DNA of 32,000 bases from Pseudomonas aeruginosa (lineage in GTDB: Bacteria; Pseudomonadota; Gammaproteobacteria; Pseudomonadales; Pseudomonadaceae), in contig NZ_LN831024.1 in the NCBI RefSeq assembly GCF_001457615.1, positions 4,020,001 through 4,052,000 on the forward strand, in the 5' to 3' direction. The position numbers and the translations under genes were made by a program. The notes under the pieces are model-generated. The model saw only the letters and a list, made by a program, of their open reading frames with translations. It searched no databases and was not told the DNA's origin. Below are positions 1 to 9,353 of this stretch, piece after piece (the first letter of the stretch is position 1; the number at the start of each line of letters is the position of its first letter).

Positions 1-556
1 CTTCGTCATGGGCGAAGGCGCCGGCCTACTGGTCATCGAGGAACTGGAGCACGCCCTGGCGCGCGGCGCCAGGCCCATCGCCGAGCTGGTGGGCTACGGC
101 ACCAGCGCCGACGCCTACCACATGACCGCCGGGCCGGAAGATGGCAGCGGCGCCCGCCGGGCCATGCAGCAGGCGCTGCGCCAGGCCGGCGTGGAAGCGG
201 CCGCGGTGCAGCACCTGAATGCCCACGCCACCTCCACCCAGGTAGGCGACAAGGGCGAACTGGCCGCCATCAAGGCCGTGTTCGGCACCGGCAGCGGGCT
301 CGCCATCAGCGCGACCAAATCCGCCACCGGCCACCTCCTGGGCGCCGCCGGCGGCATCGAGGCGATCTTCACGGTCCTGGCACTGCGCGACCAGCTCGCC
401 CCCGCCACGCTCAACCTGGAAACGCCCGACACCGACGCCGAGGGCCTCGACCTGGTTCGCGGCGAAGCCCGGCGCTGGCCGATGGAACACGCGCTGTCCA
501 ATGGCTTCGGCTTCGGCGGGGTGAATGCCAGCCTGTTGTTCCGGCGTTGGGTGTAG
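1..556 (+). CDS. fabF: beta-ketoacyl-ACP synthase II (KAS II), C-terminal ~184 codons; the 5' end lies outside the window
   Basis: The frame is open from base 2 (..FVMGEGAG..). KAS motifs are NAHATSTQVGDKGE, SATKSATGHLLGAAGGIEA and the C-terminal SNGFGFGGVNASLLF. Stop at 554-556. GC3 is very high. Confidence 0.9.
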   Translation, partial: FVMGEGAGLLVIEELEHALARGARPIAELVGYGTSADAYHMTAGPEDGSGARRAMQQALRQAGVEAAAVQHLNAHATSTQVGDKGELAAIKAVFGTGSGLAISATKSATGHLLGAAGGIEAIFTVLALRDQLAPATLNLETPDTDAEGLDLVRGEARRWPMEHALSNGFGFGGVNASLLFRRWV

Positions 557-1276
557 GGTGGGCGACCCCTCTGCCAGTCGTTCCTGAGCACGCTGGCGGA
601 GGGGAAGCCACTCATGTCGCATTGCCCCAGAGCGTGTGGGTTTTCCTATGCTGTAACTGCGTCGTGATGGTCTAGGCGCGATCTGGATTCGTGGGGCAAT
701 TGCTTGTGGAGTGGGCGTTCAATGACCGCTTTCGGCCAAGAGCGGACTTACCCTTTCGTTTAGATTGATCTGCCCAGCAGGGAGTCAGTAAGGAAATGGA
801 ATGATCGAAGGCCGCTGAACTGATCTTGCTTACTCAATCATGATGGCCATCGCCCTTGGACTTTATGTCAGTGCAAGCGGTGTAGTGCAGCGTGCTCTCG
901 TGGGGAGCGTGACGAGCCAGCGTTAGCTGTCCTCCACGAGAAGCGGCTAGGGCTCGGAAGCTGCCGTTCGACCAAAGAAGACGAACTACCTAACAGAGTT
1001 TGCACCATGAGTTGCCCTCGGCAATGATCGGCAGGCTCTCGGGTCGAATAGCCGACCCAGATGTTTACCAGACTTAAGAGAGACGATACGGTAAACTCTC
1101 ATGGGCGGGTGTAAGTCTGGTCTTTCCGTTAGTGCTGGCGGAACCCTTTCGGGCTCTATCGTGAGATGCTGTCATGCCTTTGGTAGCTGATTATTATCGC
1201 GCTAGCGCTGTGAAATTCTCACTTTTTGAATACTTATGTTCTGCCAAGAAAAAACATTAAAAAATGGAAGCGTCCA

Positions 1277-1750
1277 ATGATCTCGTTAAGACCTATGCGA
1301 GAAAGCGAATTCTCAGGTTATCTCGATTATTTTGTCCCTGCCTATGCATCTGAGATTTCATCCAGTCATAGGCTTTCGTACAGTGAATCTCTTGTGCAAG
1401 CCAAATTGGAAATAGCAGATGATTTACCTGACGGTATCAATACGGCTGGACAATTTTTGCTGTGCCTGTACGATCCGGCAGATGGCCCCGAAGAAGTCAT
1501 AGGATATCTGTGGTACGAAGAGGATCTGTCCCTGCACTTGGCATTTATAAATGATTTCCACATTCTTCCCGTCCACCAGGGAAAAGGTCTCGCCAAGCAG
1601 GCCTTGGAGTCTTTGGAGCGGGAGCTTAAACTTCGAGGATTTCAACAGATAAAATTACGAGTAGCTGGCGACAACGAACGAGCCAAACATGTTTATGAAG
1701 GCAGTGGCTTTTGTGTGACCGGTATCAATATGAGCAAGCCGCTCGTTTAG
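1277..1750 (+). CDS. GNAT family N-acetyltransferase
   Basis: The tracked ORF 1226-1750 starts at TTG. ATG 1277, preceded by GGAAG, gives MISLRPMRESEF. The acetyl-CoA motif is ILPVHQGKGLAKQAL, followed by RAKHVYEGSGF. Codon usage is AT-rich, unlike the flanks. Confidence 0.8.
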   Translation: MISLRPMRESEFSGYLDYFVPAYASEISSSHRLSYSESLVQAKLEIADDLPDGINTAGQFLLCLYDPADGPEEVIGYLWYEEDLSLHLAFINDFHILPVHQGKGLAKQALESLERELKLRGFQQIKLRVAGDNERAKHVYEGSGFCVTGINMSKPLV

Positions 1751-2112
1751 TAGTGAGGTTGCTACCGTTCGCGTACTGGCGTTTGATTACAATGAGTTCG
1801 AGGTAATGATGCGAAATTGCCCATCAGAGTAAGCGCTATTGCCTGCACTTTGGCAAATATCTGAGTGTGCGCTGGAGCATACCACGCTTCGCTGCACTGC
1901 TCTGCGATAACTCTATGAGTCGCGGTAGGGTTTTGTAGACATGGATTTTTAGTTTTGGGTTGAACGTGTCCTTGGCTTGGCTTCACAAAACTCCTTGTGG
2001 CCTTTTCTGTCAGCGGCTGACGGCAGCCAGGGGGCGAAAGCAGCCGGTAATGAGCGATAGCTACCGGCCACAAGCGGGCAGTAGCCTCTGAGTGTTGAAA
2101 AGCGCTAACTTT

Positions 2113-2673
2113 CTACGCTCCCAACGAAACAGCGATATCTATCATTGCCAAGGGTAGATACACCAGTGTCAGTGGCGCGTAAAAGCGGCGAGAGCGAGAG
2201 AAGAACGCTGCCAGCGATACTGTGAACATGACCAAATCCAACGCACCCCATAGCTGGAGTGGTGAGGCGTTGAAGAACAGGATATTGGTCGTACTTCCTA
2301 ATCCTAGATAAATGCAGATCGCCAATAGAGCAAAGCGTCCATCTTGTTCAAAGTAGACCTGAAGGCCATCGGCCTCGTCTTCGCTGCGACTTGGCAATAT
2401 CAACACCGCCGCACTAAACAGCGATAGTGACAGGCAGACCAAAAGCAGGAACTCGATGAACGAAAAGGCATTCTTTAAGGTGGGGAGGTCGTTTAGGGCC
2501 CACCAGAACTGCAGTTGGAACAGGAAAAGCACGAGTGCCCAAGCAAGTGCGACCCAGTCTGGCCGTGCCGTGCGGCGAATCCTGAAAACGGTCATGGCGC
2601 CCAACAGAACCCTGGTGATGGACAAGCCCAGAATCATCGAAAGCACGGTCGCCAGAATATGGAAGTTTTCCAC
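2113..2673 (-). CDS. hypothetical integral membrane protein (about 6 predicted TM segments)
   Basis: 186-codon ORF with a GTG start at 2673, preceded by AGGGGG 6 nt upstream. Hydrophobic stretches run throughout (ILATVLSMILGLSI, WVALAWALVLFLFQLQFWW, FIEFLLLVCLSLSLFSAAVLIL and others). I do not recognise a family. Confidence 0.6.
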   Translation of the reverse strand: MENFHILATVLSMILGLSITRVLLGAMTVFRIRRTARPDWVALAWALVLFLFQLQFWWALNDLPTLKNAFSFIEFLLLVCLSLSLFSAAVLILPSRSEDEADGLQVYFEQDGRFALLAICIYLGLGSTTNILFFNASPLQLWGALDLVMFTVSLAAFFSRSRRFYAPLTLVYLPLAMIDIAVSLGA

Positions 2674-2805
2674 GACTGCCCCCTTGCTTGGACTTCGCTC
2701 TCGCCTGCCGCGTGCTTCACACCGCAGCCTGCCAAATCCCGACTGATGACATTAGTAATAGACTACGCAACGCCACAGGTAAGATTCAGCCCAAATCGAG
2801 CGGCT

Positions 2806-2848
2806 GCTTCTGGCCGGAAGCTGACACTAGTGGCGGGCAGCTACGGCC
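2806..2848. repeat. left copy of a perfect 43-bp inverted repeat (partner at 9667-9709)
   Basis: GCTTCTGGCCGGAAGCTGACACTAGTGGCGGGCAGCTACGGCC is the exact reverse complement of 9667-9709. Weaker similarity (..CGGAC..) continues about 12 bp inward. Confidence 0.95.
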
Positions 2849-2924
2849 AATAACGGACTGTCGGCATCGCCATCACTAGTTACTGAAGATCAGCACAAAG
2901 CAACTACCTGATACAGCATTGCAA

Positions 2925-3495
2925 TCACTTGGCCGCAAGCGCCTCGGGCACCTTCCAGCCACCGCCCAACGCTTTGAATGCCGCAACGCCAGTGCGGGCC
3001 GACTCGGTTTGCGCCTGGGCTCGGGCATCGGCGGCGCGCAGCAGGTTGTCGTCGGCCTGCAGCACTTCGATCAAGCTGACGACGCCCTGCTGGTAGGCCT
3101 CGAACGATGCCTGCCGCGCGCGGCTGAGCGAATCCACGCCCTGCTCAAGCACGTTGGCCTGCTGCTCACGCTTGACCAGTGCCGAGAAGGCGTTTTCCAC
3201 GTCCTCGGTGGCGCGCAGCACGGCGAGGCGGTAAGCCGCCAGTTGCTCGGCTTCCTGCCCTTTGGCCAGGTCGATCTGGGCATCGATGCGGCCGAAGTCA
3301 AACAGGCGCCAACGCAGCCCCAGCACACCAATCGATCAAATCGCCCATGGAACTCACAGGCCGCTGCTCGACGGCCTCCTGCCCCAGGAAGCGCTCGGAC
3401 AGGGAAATCTCGGGACGCTGGTAATCGGGTCCAACCGCGCAGCCTGCCACCAGGCCGGTACTGATCAGTACAACGAGGAGTCGCTTCGACAGCAT
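2925..3495 (-). pseudogene. efflux outer membrane factor lipoprotein (NodT/OprM family), internally deleted and frameshifted
   Basis: The N-terminal piece (ATG 3495) is MLSKRLLVVLISTGLVAGCAVGPDYQRPE, with lipobox LVAGC. The C-terminal piece (2925-3326, different frame) is LGLRWRLFDFGRIDAQIDLAKGQ...AAFKALGGGW. Only about 180 codons remain of a family that normally runs about 460-500. The junction is near 3327-3357. Confidence 0.8.
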
Positions 3496-3534
3496 GGATG
3501 TTCTTCCAGGGCAAGGGAGGAGGTTGCAGAAATT

Positions 3535-3558
3535 GTGACCATAATACTTTTTGGTCAC
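3535..3558. promoter_or_regulatory. candidate TetR operator (GTGAC-N14-GTCAC) in the divergent OMF/tetR intergenic region
   Basis: GTGACCATAATACTTTTTGGTCAC has 7-bp inverted arms. It has the same 24-bp architecture as 4219-4242. Confidence 0.5.
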
Positions 3559-3597
3559 TAATTGTCTATCACCCTGCCGCTCTGTAGGCTATCCCCC

Positions 3598-4215
3598 ATG
3601 AACAAGACCCCCTCCCCCAAAGTTGCAGCACGTGGTCCGGTGGATCACGAGGTGCGTGATCAGATCGTGGCAGCGGCGACCGAGCACTTCCGCCTGTATG
3701 GCTACGAGAAGACCACGGTTTCCGACCTGGCCAAGGCCATCGGTTTTTCCAAGGCCTATATCTACAAGTTCTTCGAGTCCAAGCAGGCCATCGGCGAGAT
3801 GATCTGCTCGAGCTGCCTGCAGCAGATACAGACCGAGGTGAATGCTGCCATCCATGAGGTGGACAGCCCGCCGGAGAAGCTGAGGCGCATGCTCAAGGTG
3901 CTGATGGAAGCCTGCCTGCGGCTGTTCTTCCAGGATCGCAAACTCTACGAAATCGCCGCCTCCGCCGCCTCCGGGCGCTGGCCGGCAACCCTGCTCTACG
4001 AAGGCTTCATCGAGCAGACCCTTCGCGAGATCCTGCAGCAGGGCCGGCAGAGCGGCGACTTCGAGCGCAAGACGCCTCTGGACGAAACCACCCGCGCGAT
4101 CCACCTGATCATGCGCCCCTATTTCAACCCGCTGCTGCTCCAGTACGGGCTCGAAACCACCGATGAAGCGCCGGCCCTGCTGTCCAGCCTGGTGTTGCGC
4201 AGTCTGTCACCCTGA
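3598..4215 (+). CDS. TetR/AcrR family transcriptional regulator
   Basis: The N-terminal HTH is TTVSDLAKAIGFSKAYIYKFFESKQAI. The ORF tracked from TTG 3562 more plausibly starts at ATG 3598. The gene lies immediately upstream of the MFP/RND genes. Confidence 0.85.
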   Translation: MNKTPSPKVAARGPVDHEVRDQIVAAATEHFRLYGYEKTTVSDLAKAIGFSKAYIYKFFESKQAIGEMICSSCLQQIQTEVNAAIHEVDSPPEKLRRMLKVLMEACLRLFFQDRKLYEIAASAASGRWPATLLYEGFIEQTLREILQQGRQSGDFERKTPLDETTRAIHLIMRPYFNPLLLQYGLETTDEAPALLSSLVLRSLSP

Positions 4216-4218
4216 TTA

Positions 4219-4242
4219 GTGACTATTGACTAAATTGGTCAC
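4219..4242. promoter_or_regulatory. second candidate TetR operator (GTGAC-N14-GTCAC), upstream of the MFP gene
   Basis: GTGACTATTGACTAAATTGGTCAC shares the right arm TTGGTCAC with 3535-3558. It sits 45 bp upstream of ATG 4287. Confidence 0.5.
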
Positions 4243-4286
4243 AAGAATCAAAGTGAGGCTCCCTACGACTTCGCAACGGGTTCCTC

Positions 4287-5402
4287 ATGCGCCGGCGCAA
4301 CCTCCTTCTGCCCCCCCTGGTCGGTGTAATTCCGTTCGTGCTGCTCGCCTGTAGCGACCAGACGCCCCCCGATCCCCGCACTGACGCGCCACTGGTTCGC
4401 ATCACCACCATCCAGTCGGCAACCGCTACATCGCGCGCCTTCACCGGCATCGTCGCGGCCAGGGTGCAGAGCGACCTGGGTTTCCGCGTGTCCGGCAAGG
4501 TGTTGCAGCGTCTGGTCGATACCGGCCAGACAGTCAAGCGTGGCCAGGTGCTTTTGCGCCTCGATCCTATCGACCTGCAACTCGCCGCCCATGCCCAGCG
4601 CGAGGCGGTGACCGCAGCGCGGGCACGGGCTCAGCAGGCCAGCGATGACGAAGCTCGTTACCGCGCCCTGCGCGGCACTGGCGCGGTATCGGCATCTGCC
4701 TACGACCAATACAAGGCAGCGGCGGATGCGGCTCGCGCGCAACTCAGTGCAGCCGAGGCCCAAGCCAAGGTTGCCGGTAACGCCACCCGCTACGCCGAGC
4801 TGCTCGCCGATGCCGACGGTATCGTCATGGAGACACTGGCCGAGCCAGGCCAGGTGGTCAGCGCCGGCCAGGCCGTGGTACGGCTTGCACATGCCGGCCC
4901 ACGCGAAGCCCTGGTGCAACTGCCGGAAACCCTGCGTCCAGCAGTCGGTTCCAGCGCTGAGGCCAAGCTCTTCGGCAGGCAAGACGTCAGCGTCGCCACC
5001 CGACTGCGCCAGCTGTCGGATGTCGCCGACCGCCAGACCCGCACTTTCGAGGCGCGTTACGTGCTCGAAGGCGAGCTGTCCGACGCGCCGCTGGGCACCA
5101 CCATCACCGTGCAAATCAGCGATCCGCAAACTGCTTCACCAAGCACAGTGCAGGTGCCCATCGCCGCGCTGTACGACGCAGGCAACGGGCCTGGCATCTG
5201 GATGATTCGCGGAGAGCCCGCAGAGGTGGCGTGGACGCCCGTAAACGTTCAGTCGCTGGATGATGAGAGCGCTCGCATCAGCGGCGCGATCAAGCCGGGC
5301 GACCAGATCGTCGCCCTGGGCGCGCACCTGCTGCGCGACGGCCAGGCCGTTCGCCTGGCCGAGCCGGCCACCGTGGCGGCAGCCGAGGAAGGCCAGCCAT
5401 GA
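4287..5402 (+). CDS. efflux RND transporter periplasmic adaptor (MFP / HlyD family), probable lipoprotein
   Basis: Signal peptide with lipobox (FVLLAC). Typical adaptor segments include RVSGKVLQRLVDTGQTVKRGQVLLRLDP, a coiled-coil alanine-rich hairpin and GQVVSAGQAVVRL. The stop overlaps the RND start (ATGA). Confidence 0.9.
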   Translation: MRRRNLLLPPLVGVIPFVLLACSDQTPPDPRTDAPLVRITTIQSATATSRAFTGIVAARVQSDLGFRVSGKVLQRLVDTGQTVKRGQVLLRLDPIDLQLAAHAQREAVTAARARAQQASDDEARYRALRGTGAVSASAYDQYKAAADAARAQLSAAEAQAKVAGNATRYAELLADADGIVMETLAEPGQVVSAGQAVVRLAHAGPREALVQLPETLRPAVGSSAEAKLFGRQDVSVATRLRQLSDVADRQTRTFEARYVLEGELSDAPLGTTITVQISDPQTASPSTVQVPIAALYDAGNGPGIWMIRGEPAEVAWTPVNVQSLDDESARISGAIKPGDQIVALGAHLLRDGQAVRLAEPATVAAAEEGQP

Positions 5403-8400
5403 GCGAAGGTCGTTTCAACCTCTCCGCACTCGCCGTGCGCGAGCGCTCCGTCACCCTGTTCCTGGTCTGCCTGATCTCCCTGGCGGGTCTCGTCGCCTTC
5501 TTCAAGCTGGGGCGTGCCGAAGACCCGGCCTTCACCATCAAGGTCATGACCATCGTCACCGCCTGGCCGGGCGCCACCGCCCAGGAAATGCAGGATCAGG
5601 TCGCCGAGAAGATCGAGAAGCGCCTGCAGGAACTGCGCTGGTACGACCGCAGCGAAACCTATACACGCCCGGGGCTGGCCTTCACCACCCTGTCGCTGCT
5701 CGACACCACCCCACCCTCGGAGGTGCTCGAGGAGTTCTACCAGGCGCGCAAGAAGATCAGCGACGAGGCCAAGACGCTGCCTACCGGGGTGATCGGCCCG
5801 CTGGTCAACGATGAGTATTCGGACGTCACCTTCGCCCTGTTCGCGCTCAAAGCCAGGGGCGAGCCGCAACGCCACCTGGTGCGCGACGCCGAGACCCTGC
5901 GTCAGCGCCTGCTGCATGTACCGGGCGTGAAGAAGGTCAACATCATCGGCGAACAGGCCGAGCGCATCTTCGTCGAGTTCTCCCACGAGCGCCTGGCCAC
6001 CCTGGGCATCGGTCCCCAGGACGTGTTCGCCGCGCTCAACGGGCAGAACGCCCTGACCCCGGCCGGCTCCGTGGAAACCCGTGGCCCCGACGTGTTCCTG
6101 CGTCTGGACGGTGCCTTCGATGAGCTAGAGAAGATTCGTGACACTCCGATCATCGCCCAAGGCCGCACCTTGAAGCTTTCCGATGTCGCCACGGTCAAGC
6201 GCGGCTACGAAGACCCGGCCACCTTTCTGATTCGCAACGGCGGCGAACCGGCCCTGTTGCTCGGCATCATCATGCGTGAAGGCTGGAACGGGCTCGACCT
6301 GGGCAAGGCCTTGAACGATGAAGTGCAGCAGATCAACGCTGAGCTGCCGCTGGGCATGAGCCTGAGCAAGGTCACCGACCAGGCCGTCAACATCAGCGCG
6401 TCCGTCGACGAGTTCATGATCAAGTTCTTCGTCGCGCTGCTGGTGGTCATGCTGGTGTGCTTCGTCAGCATGGGCTGGCGCGTCGGCGTGGTGGTCGCGG
6501 TGGCAGTGCCGCTGACCCTGGCGATGGTCTTCGTGGTGATGGCCGCCACTGGCAAGAACTTCGACCGCATAACCCTGGGCTCGCTGATCCTCGCCCTTGG
6601 ACTGCTGGTAGACGACGCCATCATCGCCATCGAGATGATGGTGGTGAAGATGGAGGAAGGCTACGACCGTGTGCGGGCCTCCGCCTATGCCTGGAGCCAC
6701 ACAGCGGCGCCGATGCTCTCCGGCACCCTGGTTACCGCCGTCGGCTTCATGCCCAACGGCTTCGCCCGCTCCACGGCCGGCGAATACACCAGCAACATGT
6801 TCTGGATCGTCGGCATCGCGCTGATCGCTTCCTGGCTGGTCGCGGTGATCTTCACGCCGTACTTCGGCGTCAAGCTGCTGCCCGAGATCAAGAAGGTCGA
6901 GGGCGGTCACGACGCCATCTACGACACTCCGCGCTACAACCGCTTTCGTCGGATTCTGGGTAAGGTGATCGCCCACAAGTGGCTGGTCGCAGGTTCAGTG
7001 ATAGGGCTGTTCGTGACGGCCGTGCTCGGCATGGCGCTGGTCAAGAAACAGTTCTTCCCCATCTCCGACCGCCCCGAAGTCATGGTCGAGGTACAGATGC
7101 CTTATGGCACCTCGATCCTCCAGACCAGCGCAGCTGCGGAAAAAGTCGAAGCCTGGCTGGCCCAGCAGGCAGAGGCGAAGATCGTCATGGCGTACATCGG
7201 CCAGGGCGCACCGCGCTTCTTCATGGCCATGAGCCCGGAACTGCCGGATCCGTCGTTCGCCAAGATCGTCGTACGCACCGACAACCCGGATGAGCGCGAG
7301 GCACTCAAGCACAGGCTGCGCAAGGCGATTGCCGAGGGTCTGGCCAGCGAGGCGCAGGTGCGCGTCAGTCAATTGGTGTTCGGCCCCTACTCGCCCTACC
7401 CGGTGGCCTACCGGATTAGCGGCCCGGATCCGCAACGCCTGCGCGAGATTGCCAGCGAGGTGCGCCAAGTGATGGATGCCAGCCCGCTGATGCGGACGGT
7501 CAATACCGACTGGGGCACCCGCGTTCCCACGCTGCACTTCAATCTGCAGCAAGATCGCCTGCAAGCGGTGGGGCTGACCTCCAGTGCCGTTGCGCAGCAG
7601 CTGCAGTTTTTGCTCAGCGGCGTGCCCGTCACCGCCGTACGCGAAGACATCCGCACGGTGCAGGTCATGGCCCGTGCCGCTGGCGATATTCGCCTCGACC
7701 CGGCACGGGTGATGGATTTCACCCTGGCCGGCGCCAATGGTCAGCGCATCCCGCTGTCGCAGATTGGCGAAGTGGAGGTACGCATGGAAGAGCCGATCAT
7801 GCGCTGGCGCGACCGGGTGCCGACTATCACAGTGCGTGGCGATATCGCCGAAGGCTTGCAACCGCCAGACGTGTCGACCGCCATCAGCCAGCAGTTGCAA
7901 CCCATCATCGACAGGCTGCCGAGCGGCTATCGCATCGAGCAAGCGGGCTCCATCGAGGAATCGGGCAAAGCCAGCAAGGCCATGCTGCCGCTGTTCCCGA
8001 TCATGCTGGCCGTCACGTTGATCATCATCATCCTGCAGGTGCGCTCGATCGCCGCGATGATCATGGTCTTTCTCACCAGCCCGCTGGGGCTGATCGGCGT
8101 AGTGCCGACGCTGATCCTGTTCCAGCAGCCGTTCGGCATCAACGCGCTGGTCGGGCTGATCGCGCTGTCCGGCATCCTCATGCGTAACACGCTGATCCTG
8201 ATCGGGCAGATTCGCCAGAACGAAGCGGCGGGTCTCGATCCGTTCCGCGCCGTGGTCGAAGCCACCGTGCAACGCGCTCGGCCGGTGATCCTCACCGCGC
8301 TGGCGGCGATCCTGGCGTTCATCCCACTTACGCATTCCGTGTTCTGGGGCACCCTCGCCTACACCCTGATCGGCGGCACCTTCGCCGGCACCATGCTGAC

Positions 8401-8488
8401 CCTGGTGTTCCTGCCGGCCATGTACGCCATCTGGTTCGGCATCCGCCCCATCCCCCACGAGCCACTCGCGCAGGCACAACCTGCATGA
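5399..8488 (+). CDS. efflux RND transporter permease (AcrB/AcrD/AcrF superfamily), 1029 aa
   Basis: Length is as expected, with a 12-TM two-lobe architecture. Conserved segments include TLGSLILALGLLVDDAIIAIE and GLIALSGILMRNTLILIGQI. It overlaps the MFP gene by 4 bp. Confidence 0.95.
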   Translation: MSEGRFNLSALAVRERSVTLFLVCLISLAGLVAFFKLGRAEDPAFTIKVMTIVTAWPGATAQEMQDQVAEKIEKRLQELRWYDRSETYTRPGLAFTTLSLLDTTPPSEVLEEFYQARKKISDEAKTLPTGVIGPLVNDEYSDVTFALFALKARGEPQRHLVRDAETLRQRLLHVPGVKKVNIIGEQAERIFVEFSHERLATLGIGPQDVFAALNGQNALTPAGSVETRGPDVFLRLDGAFDELEKIRDTPIIAQGRTLKLSDVATVKRGYEDPATFLIRNGGEPALLLGIIMREGWNGLDLGKALNDEVQQINAELPLGMSLSKVTDQAVNISASVDEFMIKFFVALLVVMLVCFVSMGWRVGVVVAVAVPLTLAMVFVVMAATGKNFDRITLGSLILALGLLVDDAIIAIEMMVVKMEEGYDRVRASAYAWSHTAAPMLSGTLVTAVGFMPNGFARSTAGEYTSNMFWIVGIALIASWLVAVIFTPYFGVKLLPEIKKVEGGHDAIYDTPRYNRFRRILGKVIAHKWLVAGSVIGLFVTAVLGMALVKKQFFPISDRPEVMVEVQMPYGTSILQTSAAAEKVEAWLAQQAEAKIVMAYIGQGAPRFFMAMSPELPDPSFAKIVVRTDNPDEREALKHRLRKAIAEGLASEAQVRVSQLVFGPYSPYPVAYRISGPDPQRLREIASEVRQVMDASPLMRTVNTDWGTRVPTLHFNLQQDRLQAVGLTSSAVAQQLQFLLSGVPVTAVREDIRTVQVMARAAGDIRLDPARVMDFTLAGANGQRIPLSQIGEVEVRMEEPIMRWRDRVPTITVRGDIAEGLQPPDVSTAISQQLQPIIDRLPSGYRIEQAGSIEESGKASKAMLPLFPIMLAVTLIIIILQVRSIAAMIMVFLTSPLGLIGVVPTLILFQQPFGINALVGLIALSGILMRNTLILIGQIRQNEAAGLDPFRAVVEATVQRARPVILTALAAILAFIPLTHSVFWGTLAYTLIGGTFAGTMLTLVFLPAMYAIWFGIRPIPHEPLAQAQPA

Positions 8489-8518
8489 ACAGCCCTTCCC
8501 TGATCGAGAGTAACTGCC

Positions 8519-9325
8519 ATGCCCAACTCCCCAGTGGTCGTCATAACCGGCGTGTCATCAGGCATCGGTCGCACGGCGGCCGAACAGTTCGCCGGACGCG
8601 GTTGCCGCGTGTTCGGCAGCGTGCGCAACCCGGCCACTGCGCAGGCCATCCCCGGTGTCGAGCTGATTCACCTGGATATTCGTGACGAAGCCTCGATTCG
8701 CCAGAGCATCGAACATGTGATTGCAGAAGCCGGGCGCATCGACGTACTGGTCAACAATGCTGGCACCACACTGCTCGGTGCGACAGAGGAAACCGCCATC
8801 GACGAGGCCCAGGCGCTGTTCGACACCAACGTCTTCGGCGTCCTGCGCGTTACCCAGGCGGTACTGCCGCAGATGCGCAAGCAAAGCGCAGGGCGCATCG
8901 TCAACGTCAGTTCGGTGCTCGGCTTCCTGCCAGCACCCTACATGGGCCTGTACTCGGCTTCCAAACATGCAGTGGAGGGTTTGTCCGAGACCCTGGATCA
9001 CGAGGTGCGGCGCTTCGGCATTCGCGTCGCGTTGGTCGAGCCTTCGTTCACCAAGACCAGCCTCGACCTCAACGCGCCACAGGCCGCCCTGCGTATCGCT
9101 ACCTACGACAGCGAGCGGGCAACCGTCTCCCAGGCCATCCAGATGAACGTGCAGAAGGCACCTTTGCCCGATGCGGTCGCCGCGACCATCGTCGAGGCCG
9201 CCCTGGGCGCGTGGAAAATGCGCCACACCCCCAAAGGCGAGGCCACCCTGCTCAGACGCCTGCGCCGCTTTATGCCGGCAGGCCCAGTCGACTCGGGCCT
9301 GCGCAAGACCTTCGGCCTCGGCTGA
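8519..9325 (+). CDS. short-chain dehydrogenase/reductase (classical SDR)
   Basis: TGVSSGIGR cofactor motif, NNAG, and the catalytic S...YSASK. It begins 30 bp after the RND stop on the same strand. Confidence 0.9.
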   Translation: MPNSPVVVITGVSSGIGRTAAEQFAGRGCRVFGSVRNPATAQAIPGVELIHLDIRDEASIRQSIEHVIAEAGRIDVLVNNAGTTLLGATEETAIDEAQALFDTNVFGVLRVTQAVLPQMRKQSAGRIVNVSSVLGFLPAPYMGLYSASKHAVEGLSETLDHEVRRFGIRVALVEPSFTKTSLDLNAPQAALRIATYDSERATVSQAIQMNVQKAPLPDAVAATIVEAALGAWKMRHTPKGEATLLRRLRRFMPAGPVDSGLRKTFGLG

Positions 9326-9353
9326 TTCACCTCTTCACGTACGAGACCACACC

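Noticed and set aside
1277-1750. GNAT gene as the toxin of a GNAT/RHH-type toxin-antitoxin pair
   Set aside because: No small antitoxin-like ORF abuts it on either side. The protein resembles the housekeeping-type small-molecule acetyltransferase pattern rather than tRNA-acetylating toxins.
1762-2073. 103-codon reverse-strand ORF between the GNAT and membrane-protein genes
   Set aside because: There is no RBS or family resemblance, and it runs through REP-like motifs (2010-2085). It probably lies in a non-coding spacer.
2515-2853. ORFs 2515-2853 (+) and 9646-9840 (+) reading through the 43-bp repeats
   Set aside because: Their only similarity to each other is the translated repeat itself (..SGRKLTLVAGSYGQ / ..GRSCPPLVSASGQKRP..). 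The first also lies antisense to the membrane-protein gene.
6125-8479. ORFs 6125-6976 and 6995-8479, antisense to the RND permease
   Set aside because: The translations are His/Asp/Arg/Gly-rich and low-complexity. The sense strand has an uninterrupted 1029-aa RND protein.
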